Positions 23,799-35,230 of a stretch of DNA of 64,000 bases are shown here, in pieces; positions within the stretch are counted from its first letter, which is position 1; every line of letters begins with the position of its first letter. Where the stretch lies: the NCBI GenBank assembly GCA_048772705.1, contig JBLWGC010000224.1:1-64000 (forward strand). The letters run 5' to 3'. A program made the translations under genes and the position numbers. Under the pieces are notes generated by a model. It saw only the letters and a list, made by a program, of their open reading frames with translations, was not told the origin of the DNA and searched no databases. Source of the DNA: Leidyana gryllorum EB-2025a. Its lineage: Eukaryota; Protista; Apicomplexa.

Positions 23799-26116
23799 AT
23801 GAAAGTTCTTCAACCATGGCTGTTGGTGACATGTGTTCTTCTTGGTGGTGTGGGTGCGGACGACTGGAGATCGTGTGTTGACCACTTTGATGCTTTTATG
23901 GTTCAGGATGTCTCTGAAACATTCCACTCCAACATGGAGTCGGCCGTGCAATTGATGACCACTTGGATAGAGGGCATACAGGCCTCCTACCCCCAATCAC
24001 GTTTCGGTTATGCTACATTTACAGACAAGTCTGTACCCGTATCGGGTTTTGGACCTTATGGTGGTTGGCAGAACGCAGGAATTGTTTATGACTGGTGTTT
24101 CAGTATGGAGCAGTCGCTCGTGAACAACAAAGATACGTTTGCTTCAAGTTTACGTAAAGTTTGGAACAAACGTGGATCAGGGTTTGATTGGCTCGAATCG
24201 CAACTGGAAGCAGTGCTTCGTGGTGCTACAAATAGCCAAGTTGGCTGGGAAGCCGGGGATAGGAATATCCGTACCATCATTCTGATCACAGACGAGGCTA
24301 GTCACTTGGAGGGGGATGCAGCGGCCAATATTGATCTGTATAATGCTCCTGTCACATTAGTGAGCGCTGCCAGGATGGAAACCGCAGGTGGTTGGGGATC
24401 ACATGGCATAGCGACCGGAAGCATCTCTGATGTGATCTCCGCAGGTGGCAAGTCCGACTACGCCACGATGGCAACCTACCTAGCCAGGAAGACTTGGCAC
24501 CCATCAGGCATCACCGCCGACCAAGAAGAGGAGTTGACCCACCTGATGGAGCGTTTCGGGCCCCAAGCATACCCTCAAGTAGCTCCTCATCCCGGAGATG
24601 ACTCAATGGGCTGTGACGAGGTCGACTATCCTTCTGGTGAAACGGTCGCGAAAGTATTGAAGGAACGCGACATCATTCCAATAGTGCTGGTTATCGGCGG
24701 ACAAGAAGGCGAGCACTGTACCACTGGAGGCGGAGATCTCAGATCCTTGCAGAATTGTCCTCTTACTTTCTATCGGGAATGGATGAGAATGAACGGCATC
24801 GAAGGAATCGTGCGTGTCTTTCCCGATGATCATGAGGAAGCTGCAAAAACTCTGATTCAAGCAGTCGAGGATACGGCTGCCATAGTTTGCCCAACAACAA
24901 CCAGCACGTCAACTACCACAACGACGACTGAGCCTACTACAACAACTACGACTACTGAACCTACAACCACAACCACTACGACAACGACAACTGAGCCAAC
25001 AACGACGACTACAACGACCACTGAGCCGACGACGACTACCACCACCACCACCACCACTGAGCCAACAACGACCACTGAACCGACGACGACCACTACGACC
25101 ACTACTACGACTGAGCCGACGACCACAACGACCACTGAGCCTACGACAACCACTACGACCACAACGACCACTGAGCCAACAACGACGACTACAACGACCA
25201 CTGAGCCGACTACCACCACCACCACCACTGAGCCAACAACGACAACAACGACAACTACGACTGAGCCGACTACGACTACCACCACCACCACCACTGAGCC
25301 AACAACGACCACTGAACCGACGACAACCACTACGACCACTACTACGACAGAGCCGACGACGACCACCAGCACGACGACCACCACCACTGAGCCAACAACG
25401 ACCACTGAACCGACGACGACCACGACGACCACTACTACGACTGAGCCTACGACAACCACTACGACCACAACGACCACTGAGCCAACAACGACCACTGAAC
25501 CGACGACGACCACTACGACCACTACTACGACAGAGCCGACGACGACCACCAGCACGACGACCACCACCACTGAGCCAACAACGACGACTACAACGACCAC
25601 TGAGCCGACGACGATCACCACGACGACGACCAGCGAGACAGCAACCACGTCTACTGAAGAGCCCAGTACCACTACACCGACTATTGAGCCCAGCACACTA
25701 TTGAGCACTTCGATTGCTCTGCCCGACACAACGACGACGCCGATGCGCCCTCTGGGGACGTCGAGCCATTTCTTGTCGACTACAAGTCAACGAACCTCGA
25801 GTGTTGAGTCCACCCCCGAAGGTAAGCAATATGATTGATGGGGATGGTGGGGATGACGATGACTTCAGCAGCTCAAGGTAGTACTACGACGACGACCACA
25901 ACGACAGAAAGTTCTGGCGGCGCCATTATTGCCATTGCCTCTGCTGCTGGTGGGGCTGTAGCCGTGGGAGCTGCTGCAGTGTGGTTTGCCGCTTCGCCTA
26001 CGAGTTTGACAGCCACAGCTTTCACCGGAGCAGAGGCAGTGACGGCAGCCGAAGGCGTGACAACTGAAGTGGCGCGTGAGGCCGCCCAGCAGGCGTCCAT
26101 GGACATGTTCGCATGA
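23799..26116 (+). CDS. Type I membrane adhesin: integrin-beta-like vWA (beta-I) domain + Thr-rich mucin stalk + TM + short tail, 2 exons
   Basis: Signal peptide; QDVSET (MIDAS-like DxSxT), RFGYATFTDK, ESQLEAV..QVGW..IILITDEASHLEGD and DYPS..L.ERDIIPI match integrin beta-I motifs. An intron from 25822 joins the TM exon AIIAIASAAGGAVAVGAAAVWF. Confidence 0.82.
24892..25635 (+). repeat. Coding tandem repeat (Thr)n-Glu-Pro, about 23 units
   Basis: ACN codon runs punctuated by GAG/GAA-CCN, with visible higher-order block duplication. Confidence 0.95.
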
Positions 26117-26238
26117 TCCTCCAAGCATTTGAATTATAACTAGCTAGTCAATTTGAAAGCACTTCCACCATTTTAAGCGCCAATGTCGCCCCATCGAACT
26201 CTTTACACCCCATGGCATCCTCCTGGCACTCAAAATTC

Positions 26239-28167
26239 TCAGCAGCCCTGGCGAGTTGTGCTGTTGTTGGGCACCGACATGTCTACGTCATTCTTTGTGG
26301 TGTCAGCAGCAGCAGCAGGAGGGGAGTCTGTGAAACTGATCTGTATGCTTTCAGCGTTGGCCTCAGCCTGTTTGGGGCCCTCGGCTGCTTTCATCTCCAT
26401 TTCAAAGCTCTCGTTGTCGGGATCAATTGGATTCTGTGCTGGGGAGAGAATGTCCCGGGGGTCAAAAGTCAGCGGTGCGTCGCTCCGTCCCAGTCGCGAT
26501 GCGTCCAACCTTGCGTCTGGCTCGTCTACTGGGGTCGGACCGAGATGCATATCATGAGCGCAGGTCGCTGGGTCACAGAGAGGGCCCCACACTTCCCCTT
26601 GACGCCTACAAGAGATGGGCAACGATTGGACGATCGCCGGGGATGGTACATGTTACTCACCAAAAGTTCACTGTGCCGTTTATTCCTGAGCTCGGTCCCC
26701 CTGTTGCTGCCAAAAGCATTCCAGACGGGTGCCATTGCATTGTATCAACCGACGACGGTTGTCCCCAGGTGCCGTTGCCCCGTACACTGGATTGGTCCAC
26801 TCGACACATCAGCTCTGAATCCCTCCAGAAAGAGATGAGTCCCTGTGAATCTCCAACCGCGAATAGAGTCCCATCGATGGGATGCCACTCGATGCTCGTC
26901 GGATATACTCGAGCACGATCAAACTCGCCGTGCCGCTTGAAATACGGCATTGAAACAGATTGAAAACAGTCCGGACATCGCGTCTCGTTACTCTCAGGAG
27001 AGACATGACTGGTGAAAGCCAGGGGGACGCGAGGAGACCGAGGCCGAGGATTCACCTCGGCGTCGCTCTTGTAAACCTCAATCGGATTCCAGCTCGCCTC
27101 ACTGGCAACTGGTCGCCGAATATCCCACAGGCAGATCAGCTGATCTCTAGCGCCAGAGAGGAAGTAGAAATCGTTATAGGGATGCCATCGAACAGCGTTT
27201 ATGGGCCCGCGATGAGCGAATGATGCAGCGACGTTACGGGCACTCTCCTCCGGGCCGTCGATGGGAGAAGCGCTCTTGACGTCCCATAACTGCAATTGAT
27301 GGGTACGAGAGCCCGCAGCAATGAGATTGCGCCTGGGATGCCAATGAATGCAGCTGGTCTCGAAGCCCAGGCCTTTGAACATCCCCACAATTTGATGCCG
27401 CTGAATATCCATCAAAGCGGGAACAGCAGCTCGGACAACAATGGCGGTCATACCCTCTGTCGGACTCGGCTCAATCGCGTACACGGCATTCTGCTGACTG
27501 TATATCTGCTCAGGCAAACATTACTTTTCAACACAACCCGTGTGTGTGTGCTCACAGGAATACTCTTTTGGGGGGCAAAGTTACGTGAAGCAAAGTGCAG
27601 CTTCCCACTTCCGTCGCCGAAAATCAGTGTATCATATGACCGCAAGGCGCAAATGGCAGTTATATCACCGGTTGCCGCCTGAGTACAGATGGGAACAGCT
27701 TTGGTTGCAGCGCCGTACCAAAACTCGCTTGAGGTCGTCACAGTCGAGAGTAGTAGCGCTGTAGGCTGCCACTTCACCACTAGCGAGGCCGCAGAGTAGT
27801 CTGTCACCCTCGGGTCTCCATTGCAAACATCGTGGCGTCCCTGCTTTGCCCTTGAGGGGTATACGTTTGGCCAATTGCGTTGTCAAAGGGATTCGAGGCG
27901 TATGAAAGCACTTCTGGAAGGTCTCAGGGAAAGACTGCGGGACCATTGAGAGTCTGACAAACAATTGTTCACCTGCAGTTGTGCAGTGGCTACTCCAGGT
28001 GAGGGAGGCGGGTAGCCATTGCGTAGGAATCGATGATGACGGTCCAGTCCGTTGACCAAGAGGGCTGTTGCAACATCCCCAAAACCCAAGTGGTGTCTCG
28101 AATCATCTATACGCTGTGCGGGGCGGTGTGAGAAATGATTCGAGTCTCCGGTTGGTCCACCAATCAT
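26239..28167 (-). CDS. WDR33: Polyadenylation factor WD40 subunit Pfs2/WDR33-like, multi-exon
   Basis: CLQWRPEGDRLLCGLASGE, HWHPRRNLIAAGSR..LQLWD, FLSGARDQLICLWDIR, SIEWHP and MQWHPSG..VNFW. Confidence 0.8.
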
Positions 28168-28183
28168 TTTTTAGGGTGCGAGG

Positions 28184-29434
28184 ATGGACAATTCAGCCAA
28201 ATGGAGGGTTCATGTACATGGAATGGAGGGAGTCAGGATGATTCTACAAGGCTTGGTGGTGAAATGCCACTGCCTGAAAGTAATGCGACAATTCTTCAAG
28301 ATGGGAAATGTTGATGCCCGGACTTGCGTGTCCTTCTTCTTCATCATGTCCGGCTTCTTCGCCTTCACATCCACGGCTGCACAACTGAACAATTGGCGGA
28401 CGAGTGGTAAGAGTTGGAGGGGCGCAGGTGCCCTTTGGCTTAAATTTGCTGTTCGCCGAGCGTTGCCCATGGCTGGAACCTTATGGCTTCTGCATCCATT
28501 GCTTCAGATGGCGCCATATAATATAGTTGAGGCGGGCTTCAACATTGCCAGGGACCCTGTGAGCGGGTCATGGTGGACACACTGGGGAACGCCTGCTTAC
28601 CTCTATTTCGCAGCCAAACCAATATGGTACCTGTCTGTGTCGATCTTGTTCTGGCTGTTGACACCGCCGATCTTGCTCCTCCTCCATCTCCTGCCGGGCA
28701 ACGAATATGGTGCCGTGCTGTTGATCCTCGTCGTAGCCAACCAAAGCTTTCCGCTAATGATTCCAACAGACTTTGGACTCAAGCAACCGTACAAGCAGGC
28801 CATCTATCTTAGCTATCAAATGCATGTGATGAATTATCTCCTGGGGATCTGTTTGGGTGCTTATAGAGTTTCCTTGGCCGTGTACGAGCCGCCACTGAAG
28901 ATTTTGCGGACGTCGGCCCAGAATGAGTCCCCTGGCTGGAATGGTCGACTGGTTTCGCTCATTACCAGATTGGCGCGGCCGTGGTGGACCGATCTGGCGG
29001 GGCTGGCGACAATACTTTTCTCTCTTTACAGCTGGCGTACTGATATACTGTACCCTTGGTCTAGCTTCGCTGGGCATCTTTACTTTGCGAACATCCCATT
29101 CTGCATATTCCTTTTCCTCTGTTCCTTCGGAAGCTGCCGGAAGAGCTTTTTGCTATCTGTCCTTTCGTCTCGCTGGTGCAGCCGAGTGTGTCCCGACCCC
29201 TTTCCTTTGATGGCTTTCATACTACACTGCTCTATTAGTTCGCTATTCACCAAGACGGTCACGCGAGAGAGTCCGTACGGATTGCCTACCTGCTTGCTTT
29301 TGTGGATGACTTGTATGATTTCAAGCAGCTGTTTGTTCAGACCCCTCAAGCGTGTGGTTGACTGGAGTGTGAGCCAAGTCGCAAATTGGATGCTGAAGCT
29401 GCAGATATTATTCAATGCGAGTTTGTCAGAATAG
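28184..29434 (+). CDS. Acyltransferase family 3 (OafA/OatA-like) multi-pass membrane protein, intronless
   Basis: MEGVR..LVVKCH (cf. DGLR..LVV.H), VSFFFIMSGF, FAVRRALP and WYLSV..LFWLLTP; about 10 hydrophobic segments. Confidence 0.75.
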   Translation: MDNSAKWRVHVHGMEGVRMILQGLVVKCHCLKVMRQFFKMGNVDARTCVSFFFIMSGFFAFTSTAAQLNNWRTSGKSWRGAGALWLKFAVRRALPMAGTLWLLHPLLQMAPYNIVEAGFNIARDPVSGSWWTHWGTPAYLYFAAKPIWYLSVSILFWLLTPPILLLLHLLPGNEYGAVLLILVVANQSFPLMIPTDFGLKQPYKQAIYLSYQMHVMNYLLGICLGAYRVSLAVYEPPLKILRTSAQNESPGWNGRLVSLITRLARPWWTDLAGLATILFSLYSWRTDILYPWSSFAGHLYFANIPFCIFLFLCSFGSCRKSFLLSVLSSRWCSRVCPDPFPLMAFILHCSISSLFTKTVTRESPYGLPTCLLLWMTCMISSSCLFRPLKRVVDWSVSQVANWMLKLQILFNASLSE

Positions 29435-29614
29435 CATTAATTCTAGTCTTGTCTTTGACTGATTTCCATCAACTCATCGTTTCAATGCCAATACCAAGGG
29501 CTCTTTCAAAGTGACAAACCTTCATACATTTCTTCCCGGTGTGCCTTGTAATTTCCACATGACCGTCATCGAAATCAGCGGCACACATGTGGAACATTGA
29601 GGCATCATCTTGCA

Positions 29615-31060
29615 TTAGGGTGAGATCTGGTTTGCATTGGATTTCTCATTGTTGACCGTTTGAGCCAAAGTCAATCCCCTCGTCTCTGGGGCAAGGAAAT
29701 AGGTAATAAGCGCACCAAATGCTAGAAGTATGCCGAACACCAGGGTTATGTTTTGCACGTCCCATTCGCTCAACATGAACGGCATTGCGAAGGTTGCAAC
29801 CATGGCGAAGGCTCTTGAAACTGATGCCATGAGTCCCGCGCCTGCCCCTCTCACATGAGTGGGAAAGAGTTCGGCAGGGTAGAGGCTAGTGAGTACCGCT
29901 CCGCTCGCATTGAAGACGTTGTAGGTCAAAAGAAGCACACAGACGGCTTTGGGGGGAGGATCTCTCCACGCTCCCAGTACCAGCAGTGCTACGCTACAGA
30001 ACACGAACTGAGGTATTGCAATCCCTCGACGTCCAATTCGCTCAACAAGAAAACATGCGCCGTACACACCCACGATGGCGGCAAAAGATATCAGAAAGTT
30101 GAAGAAATAGATCTTCTGCACTCCCATAGTTTGGAGGTAATCAAGGCAGTATGTCAGAATGGGGAACGAAGGAAGCACGAGGAAGGACCAATAAACACAG
30201 CCGAAAACAGTCCGCACCCATTGCATCTCGCCACAGAGGATCGACCAGCCCCATCCTCGGACCTGGGATTCCTGCGTGGGTTCAGCCATTGTCATCAGAA
30301 GGTCAGAATTCATGTAATATTCGCAAACATGGCGCGCCTCCAGTGGGCGACCTCGTGAAAGCAGCCAGGTTGGGGTCTCGGGCAAACGAAAGTAGGCAAA
30401 GAAGCCCATGGCCATCTGGATCAGGCTCGGGAACGAGTGAACGTACTTCCACACTGCGGGGCGTGGTGCCAGAGAATGAAGAACCCAAGCCATTGACACC
30501 GACAGACAGAAGCCCACGAACCAGCAGGCTTCCACCAGAGCTAACATCTTCCCGCGGCTTCGAGGAGGCGCCAGCTCGCCAACCAGCGCTGGAAAAGTGG
30601 AATAGTATAGCGCAATCGCTGTACCTATACAGAAGCGGATCATTATTAGGGTAATTATGTTGTGAGCAAATACAATGAGACCTGTGCAGATCGTCGACGA
30701 CAAACAGTATAACAGCAGGCTCTGCCGTCGACCAAATCGATCTACGACTTGTCCGACGAAGAATCCGCCCACAAATGTTCCGAACATTCCCGCAATTCCA
30801 AGAATGGCAACTACCGCAATTGTGGGCTCGAAACATTCCACGATCATTTGTAAAGTCCCGCTCAGCACACCACAATGCCATCCAGCTGTGGACTGGAGAG
30901 CACAAGCGATCAGTGTGACCCCAGTAACGAAATGTCGGAACTCTGGTGGCGCTTCTGACAATCGAAGTGGCGTCGAGGGAGCGGCGGCGGCTGGTGGTTC
31001 GCTGCCGGCCCTCACGTCCCGATACAACTCTGACATAACAGAGTTGCTGACGATCTCCAT
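29615..31060 (-). CDS. MFS transporter (sugar-porter-like, YaaU/metabolite type), intronless
   Basis: DRFGRR, ELAPPRSRG, PETP.WL, ERIGRR, ELFPTHVRG and PETRG; 12-TM pattern. Confidence 0.9.
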   Translation of the reverse strand: MEIVSNSVMSELYRDVRAGSEPPAAAAPSTPLRLSEAPPEFRHFVTGVTLIACALQSTAGWHCGVLSGTLQMIVECFEPTIAVVAILGIAGMFGTFVGGFFVGQVVDRFGRRQSLLLYCLSSTICTGLIVFAHNIITLIMIRFCIGTAIALYYSTFPALVGELAPPRSRGKMLALVEACWFVGFCLSVSMAWVLHSLAPRPAVWKYVHSFPSLIQMAMGFFAYFRLPETPTWLLSRGRPLEARHVCEYYMNSDLLMTMAEPTQESQVRGWGWSILCGEMQWVRTVFGCVYWSFLVLPSFPILTYCLDYLQTMGVQKIYFFNFLISFAAIVGVYGACFLVERIGRRGIAIPQFVFCSVALLVLGAWRDPPPKAVCVLLLTYNVFNASGAVLTSLYPAELFPTHVRGAGAGLMASVSRAFAMVATFAMPFMLSEWDVQNITLVFGILLAFGALITYFLAPETRGLTLAQTVNNEKSNANQISP

Positions 31061-31078
31061 CCAAACAAAAAAGGTCCC

Positions 31079-32489
31079 TCAAAAGAAGTATCTCATTACC
31101 GTGCAGCTCTGCCAGATCAGAATCCAGGAGCTTCTCGAACAACACCACTCACCTCGCCATCGCAGGCAACAACCGATCCACTGTCCAAAAACAAGTGTTG
31201 CGCCGCACCTATCCCACTCCTGCGACCAAGAAATGTCAAATCAAAAGCCTCCTGCGCTGTCCTGCCATGCCGTACCGTACTACTCCCAACGGATCCCCAG
31301 TCATCAGATCAATGGTCACACTAATGCCGTTGAAAAGAGCGACAATACCCCTCCTCCCGTCCTCCAAAACAACCATCGAATCTGTAAAGATCGTGGTGGA
31401 TCATCCCCACCTTTCTCAATCCGGCCGCGGCTCACTCGTAGTGTGGAAAGTCAGCTTCGGCTTCTCGATGCCGGCTGCCCGACAGAGAGACTCAATCAGA
31501 CTGAGCCGTCTCACCTTCTGCAACTAACATGAGTAGAGAGTGCTGTGTAGTGCATCATCACAATCTTTCCCGTCTTACTCTCATAGTGTCAACCTCCAAG
31601 CGCATAATCAAAAGAGTGCCAGCACAGTCCATCACGTAGAGTCGGTTACGGAGCGTTGCAGCTGCCGTGGGGCTTTGAAAGCCGGCATCTGGGTAAGACT
31701 GAGAGAATGATTGAGGGAGTCCCTCCTCCGACCCCCCTGGCAGACTCCTTTTACTGTCAATCAGCCCCACTGCAGTTGTAGAGGGATGGACGATAGCGAG
31801 GTTGCTTTACACCTCCTTACCGAAACCTTCGAATACTGCGGCTAATATTTCCCGCACGACTGATCTCTGCAATCATTATCGCACTACTCCGTCAGACCTA
31901 CATCCATCGGCGTTGGTGGCAGTCATCAGATTGAGTGACATTAATATTCCCGGCTTAAGGTTACTGGGTTGATTGAACTTGATGCAAGACCACCGATCAG
32001 CCTTCACATCCCACAAGTCTATCGAGCCATCTTGACATCCCGGCAAAGCGATGCAGCCATTCGCGGAAGTACCCTGCACGCCGGCGAAGGACGCTGCCGT
32101 TCTCTGATACTCTTTATAGTGATCTGCGCGCCCATTGTCCAAATCGCAGTGCCACAAATCAATACAGCCGCCCCTCCCTTGACTGCGATGAGGTTCGAAC
32201 GCACACTCACTCCATAGAAGCACGCTGTACCTGATCAAGACAGTCTTCGAATCTGTTGCGTCCTCAATCACGGCTAAACCTATAAGTGGCTGGCGGCTCG
32301 GCGTCTCCACAGTCAGAACGTGCGCAAAGCTATCAACACGAATCACGGAGACCTTTCCATTTACAGTTCTGCAGTGCTCCAATTGTGGAAGCGTTCATCC
32401 ATCACTCACCCCACTATCAGCCAGATACCGCTATGAATGATGGCGACGGACGCATTTCCAGACGGACAAGTGTAGTACTGAGAATCCAT
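31079..32489 (-). CDS. Divergent WD40/beta-propeller protein (possibly GNB1L/Asa1-like), multi-exon
   Basis: SQGRGGCIDLW, QDGSIDLWD, GILMSL and GFEGFG; hand-spliced from ATG 32489 to TGA 31079. Confidence 0.5.
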
Positions 32490-32511
32490 TTTTTGCACTA
32501 ACTATTAATGA

Positions 32512-35203
32512 TCATTCATTGATTGCAAGAACCTTCTCGACATCCCTCCAAACCATCGGAAAGACATCGAACTTCCGGGCGGACCCCCAATGGAAGTCCA
32601 TATGACCAAGACCTTCGAAGAGGGTAACTCGGACCGGTTGTTTCACCGCTCCATCAGCACCCACAACTGTCCCTGTCTCCACCATCTCCTGACTTTCGGA
32701 GACATCTTTCCAGGTGGTGTCAGGTCGAATGCTTCCACCAAATCCTTGCATTCGTACAGGTAATACACGTGTGTGTGCGGCATTCATTCTTTCAACAACA
32801 GCGTGTTCGCACTCCTCCAAAGTTGATATGATCGAACCCTCTGTGAAGCACAAACGCAACCAGTGAAACGAAGTGCAGCATTGTCGGGCACTCACCAGGC
32901 CAAGTTATGTTATCGAGCGCCCCAATATATAGGTGGATGGGACATATCGTGGAAGACAGGCGGAGAGTGGGCAGGTTCATGTTCGAGACCAGATGATCCT
33001 CTATCTCTCGCGCGATTTGTTGATCGTCGTGAACGCGCACCGGCCAGTTCATATTACGAGCAAATTGTGCTCCGAGAGACTCGCCGCTTCGGATCCGTCT
33101 CATGTACAGATCCATATTGGTGTGAGACGTGAGTCCCGAAGGCGTCAGAGGGTAGAACCATCTCCGGGATCCCTCGGTGAGTGGATCAGTGTAGAAGCGA
33201 AGCATGTCTCGTACAAAGAAATGCCCCATCCATGGAAATATGGTATTCGGCACGAATGTCGACACGGCTTCGACGAATAGAGCCACAACACCCAAGTGCC
33301 GCTGCGCTAAATAGAAGAAGGCGGCCACGGCGTTGTCAACGGGGACAACGGATTGAACTATAGATCGGCACATTCGCACCAAGCGGTTCGGCTCAGGAGG
33401 GTAAGAGGGGCTGCGTCTGCGCAGTGTAGGGGGGATTCGACGTTTGATGGCGTTGCTGAGTGAGGAGCCGGTTACTGAACGATCCTTTGTAGATAAAGCC
33501 GTGACAGAGGCATTGTGTGGCATCAACGTCAGAGGAGGGGAGAAACAGACCAAGAGCTTAGGCTTGACGGGTGTGAGGTTTGATGGGGGGAGGCCGTGAG
33601 TACGCAGCAAGTTGTCGATACTCTCACGGAATGCTGTGCTGAGTAAGAAACTGCCGCTTCCTTGCGAGAAGCCCACACAGATAGGGGCGAAAGGCGCATT
33701 GGGTGTAACACAGGGCTCACGGTCCCACAGAGAACACGAAGTGCCGCGAGTCAAATGTGCAACACTTTCATAGACAGCTTCCAAGTCCAATATAGCTATG
33801 TCGTGATAGGTCCACGCTTGGCCAAATGTCTCTGCGTACCCCAGAAGCTCATTGAGGTGAGCAGATCTGAATCCTTTTGGGGGACGATGATCAGCCAAGT
33901 TGGGCTGAGGGGGATTCCGAGTGAAACAATTACCGCGTGTGTTCCCAAGCCAGATATCCACATGACGGCCACGGCCGCTAGTTGCTTTGAATGAGAGATA
34001 GAAGGGTAGTGAGTGTTCTAGTTGGCTGTTCGGACGGGGGGTGACGACCTTGGGCTCGAAGAAGGGGCGACTTCTCGAAAGGAAGCGCATCAGCAAACAA
34101 GCAGCATCTCGAAGTTCGGTCCTTAGGAAATTAAGTGGCCCGCGACTAGCTGTATAATCCGCATCTGGTGCTGCGCAAGCCAACCAATTCGCACTGGACT
34201 CCAGAAGTCCGTGTTGGAATATGATCGGCTGCATGTAGTCCGGATTCTGGGCACTGATACCTGGTGCACCGTCTAATTGTGTGATGAAAGGGCTTTCCAG
34301 AGACTGAAACGCTTCCGGCTGGGGTACGCTCTCAGCGGACTCTGTCCATGACGCGTCTCCCGTCGTATATGTTCTAACTTCATCTCTAGTGCGACATCTG
34401 GCACCACCGAGCGCGTCGCCGGTGGTGAAACTCGTCAAATTGGGCGACGGCATTAATGTAACTGGACTTGGAGCCTCCTTGGCCTGCCTCTTGACTGGTG
34501 GTTGTTGTTGCTTGGCAGCCGGACCGGTCACCACTCGCAGCACACGTTGCCAGTGGAAGACAGCAGGGATCTCAACCGATCGGAAGTAGCGATGCAACCG
34601 ATAAAGGATCAAACGCGATAGCGAAGCCTCTTGTAGCGTACAGAATCGCGCTGTCACTTTGGGAGGTATCCGTACCAAATGATGGGTGACCAAAAGGTGC
34701 CCATCACGTGTGATGCAACCATGTCGTTCGGCATATAGATGTCCTCGCGACGCCAGAAAAGTCAGCTGTTGGCACACATCCCAAAGAAACGGTGCCTCGC
34801 CCATAGTTGCGAGCAGAGGGCATCGCAGGAAGAGCGCTTGGGTGTCTGGTGGTGTCCAGTTCTCCCTCTCGGCATTGAGGATACGGCATTGGGAGGCCCT
34901 CGCTTCGACTGGTTGCAATGTGAAGTCGGCGTGATCTTCCAAAATCACACGATTCAGGGCCAGCCATACCCTCTGTCGTAAGGTAACGCAGGTATCGGGG
35001 TTGCGTCCCAAGCCAGCAAATCTGGCGGTCGCGGCTAGGACATTCCACACCATTCGAGCGACCAGTAGCACCACTGCTCCCATGGCCTGCACAACACGTG
35101 GGACTTCCGGCTCAGCATCGATGTCGACGCCATCAGCAACAGATGCTTCTCTGGCATCCTCTAGACTCTCGAATTCCGAAGCAGCCGTGGAGAGCTCCAT
35201 CAT
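32512..35203 (-). CDS. AB-hydrolase acid lipase / steryl-ester hydrolase (Tgl1/Yeh-like)
   Basis: IFQHGLLESSANW, DIWLGNTRGN, nucleophile GFSQG, YIGALD and GHMDFHWG. Confidence 0.85.
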
Positions 35204-35230
35204 CTGATAATTTTTCTAAAGGAGACGTGC

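Noticed and set aside
24892-25635. Regular 'actgagcc' units resembling a CRISPR array
   Set aside because: The units are Thr-Glu-Pro codons in an open frame, the 'spacers' are Thr codons, and no cas genes are present.
24857-25729. 290-aa poly-Val ORF on the minus strand
   Set aside because: It is the antisense shadow of the poly-Thr codons, which cannot produce stops in that frame.
30151-31532. Long alternative-frame and antisense ORFs over the MFS gene (similarly 45453..46256 over the alveolin)
   Set aside because: They have no recognisable motifs and are expected shadows of real CDSs.
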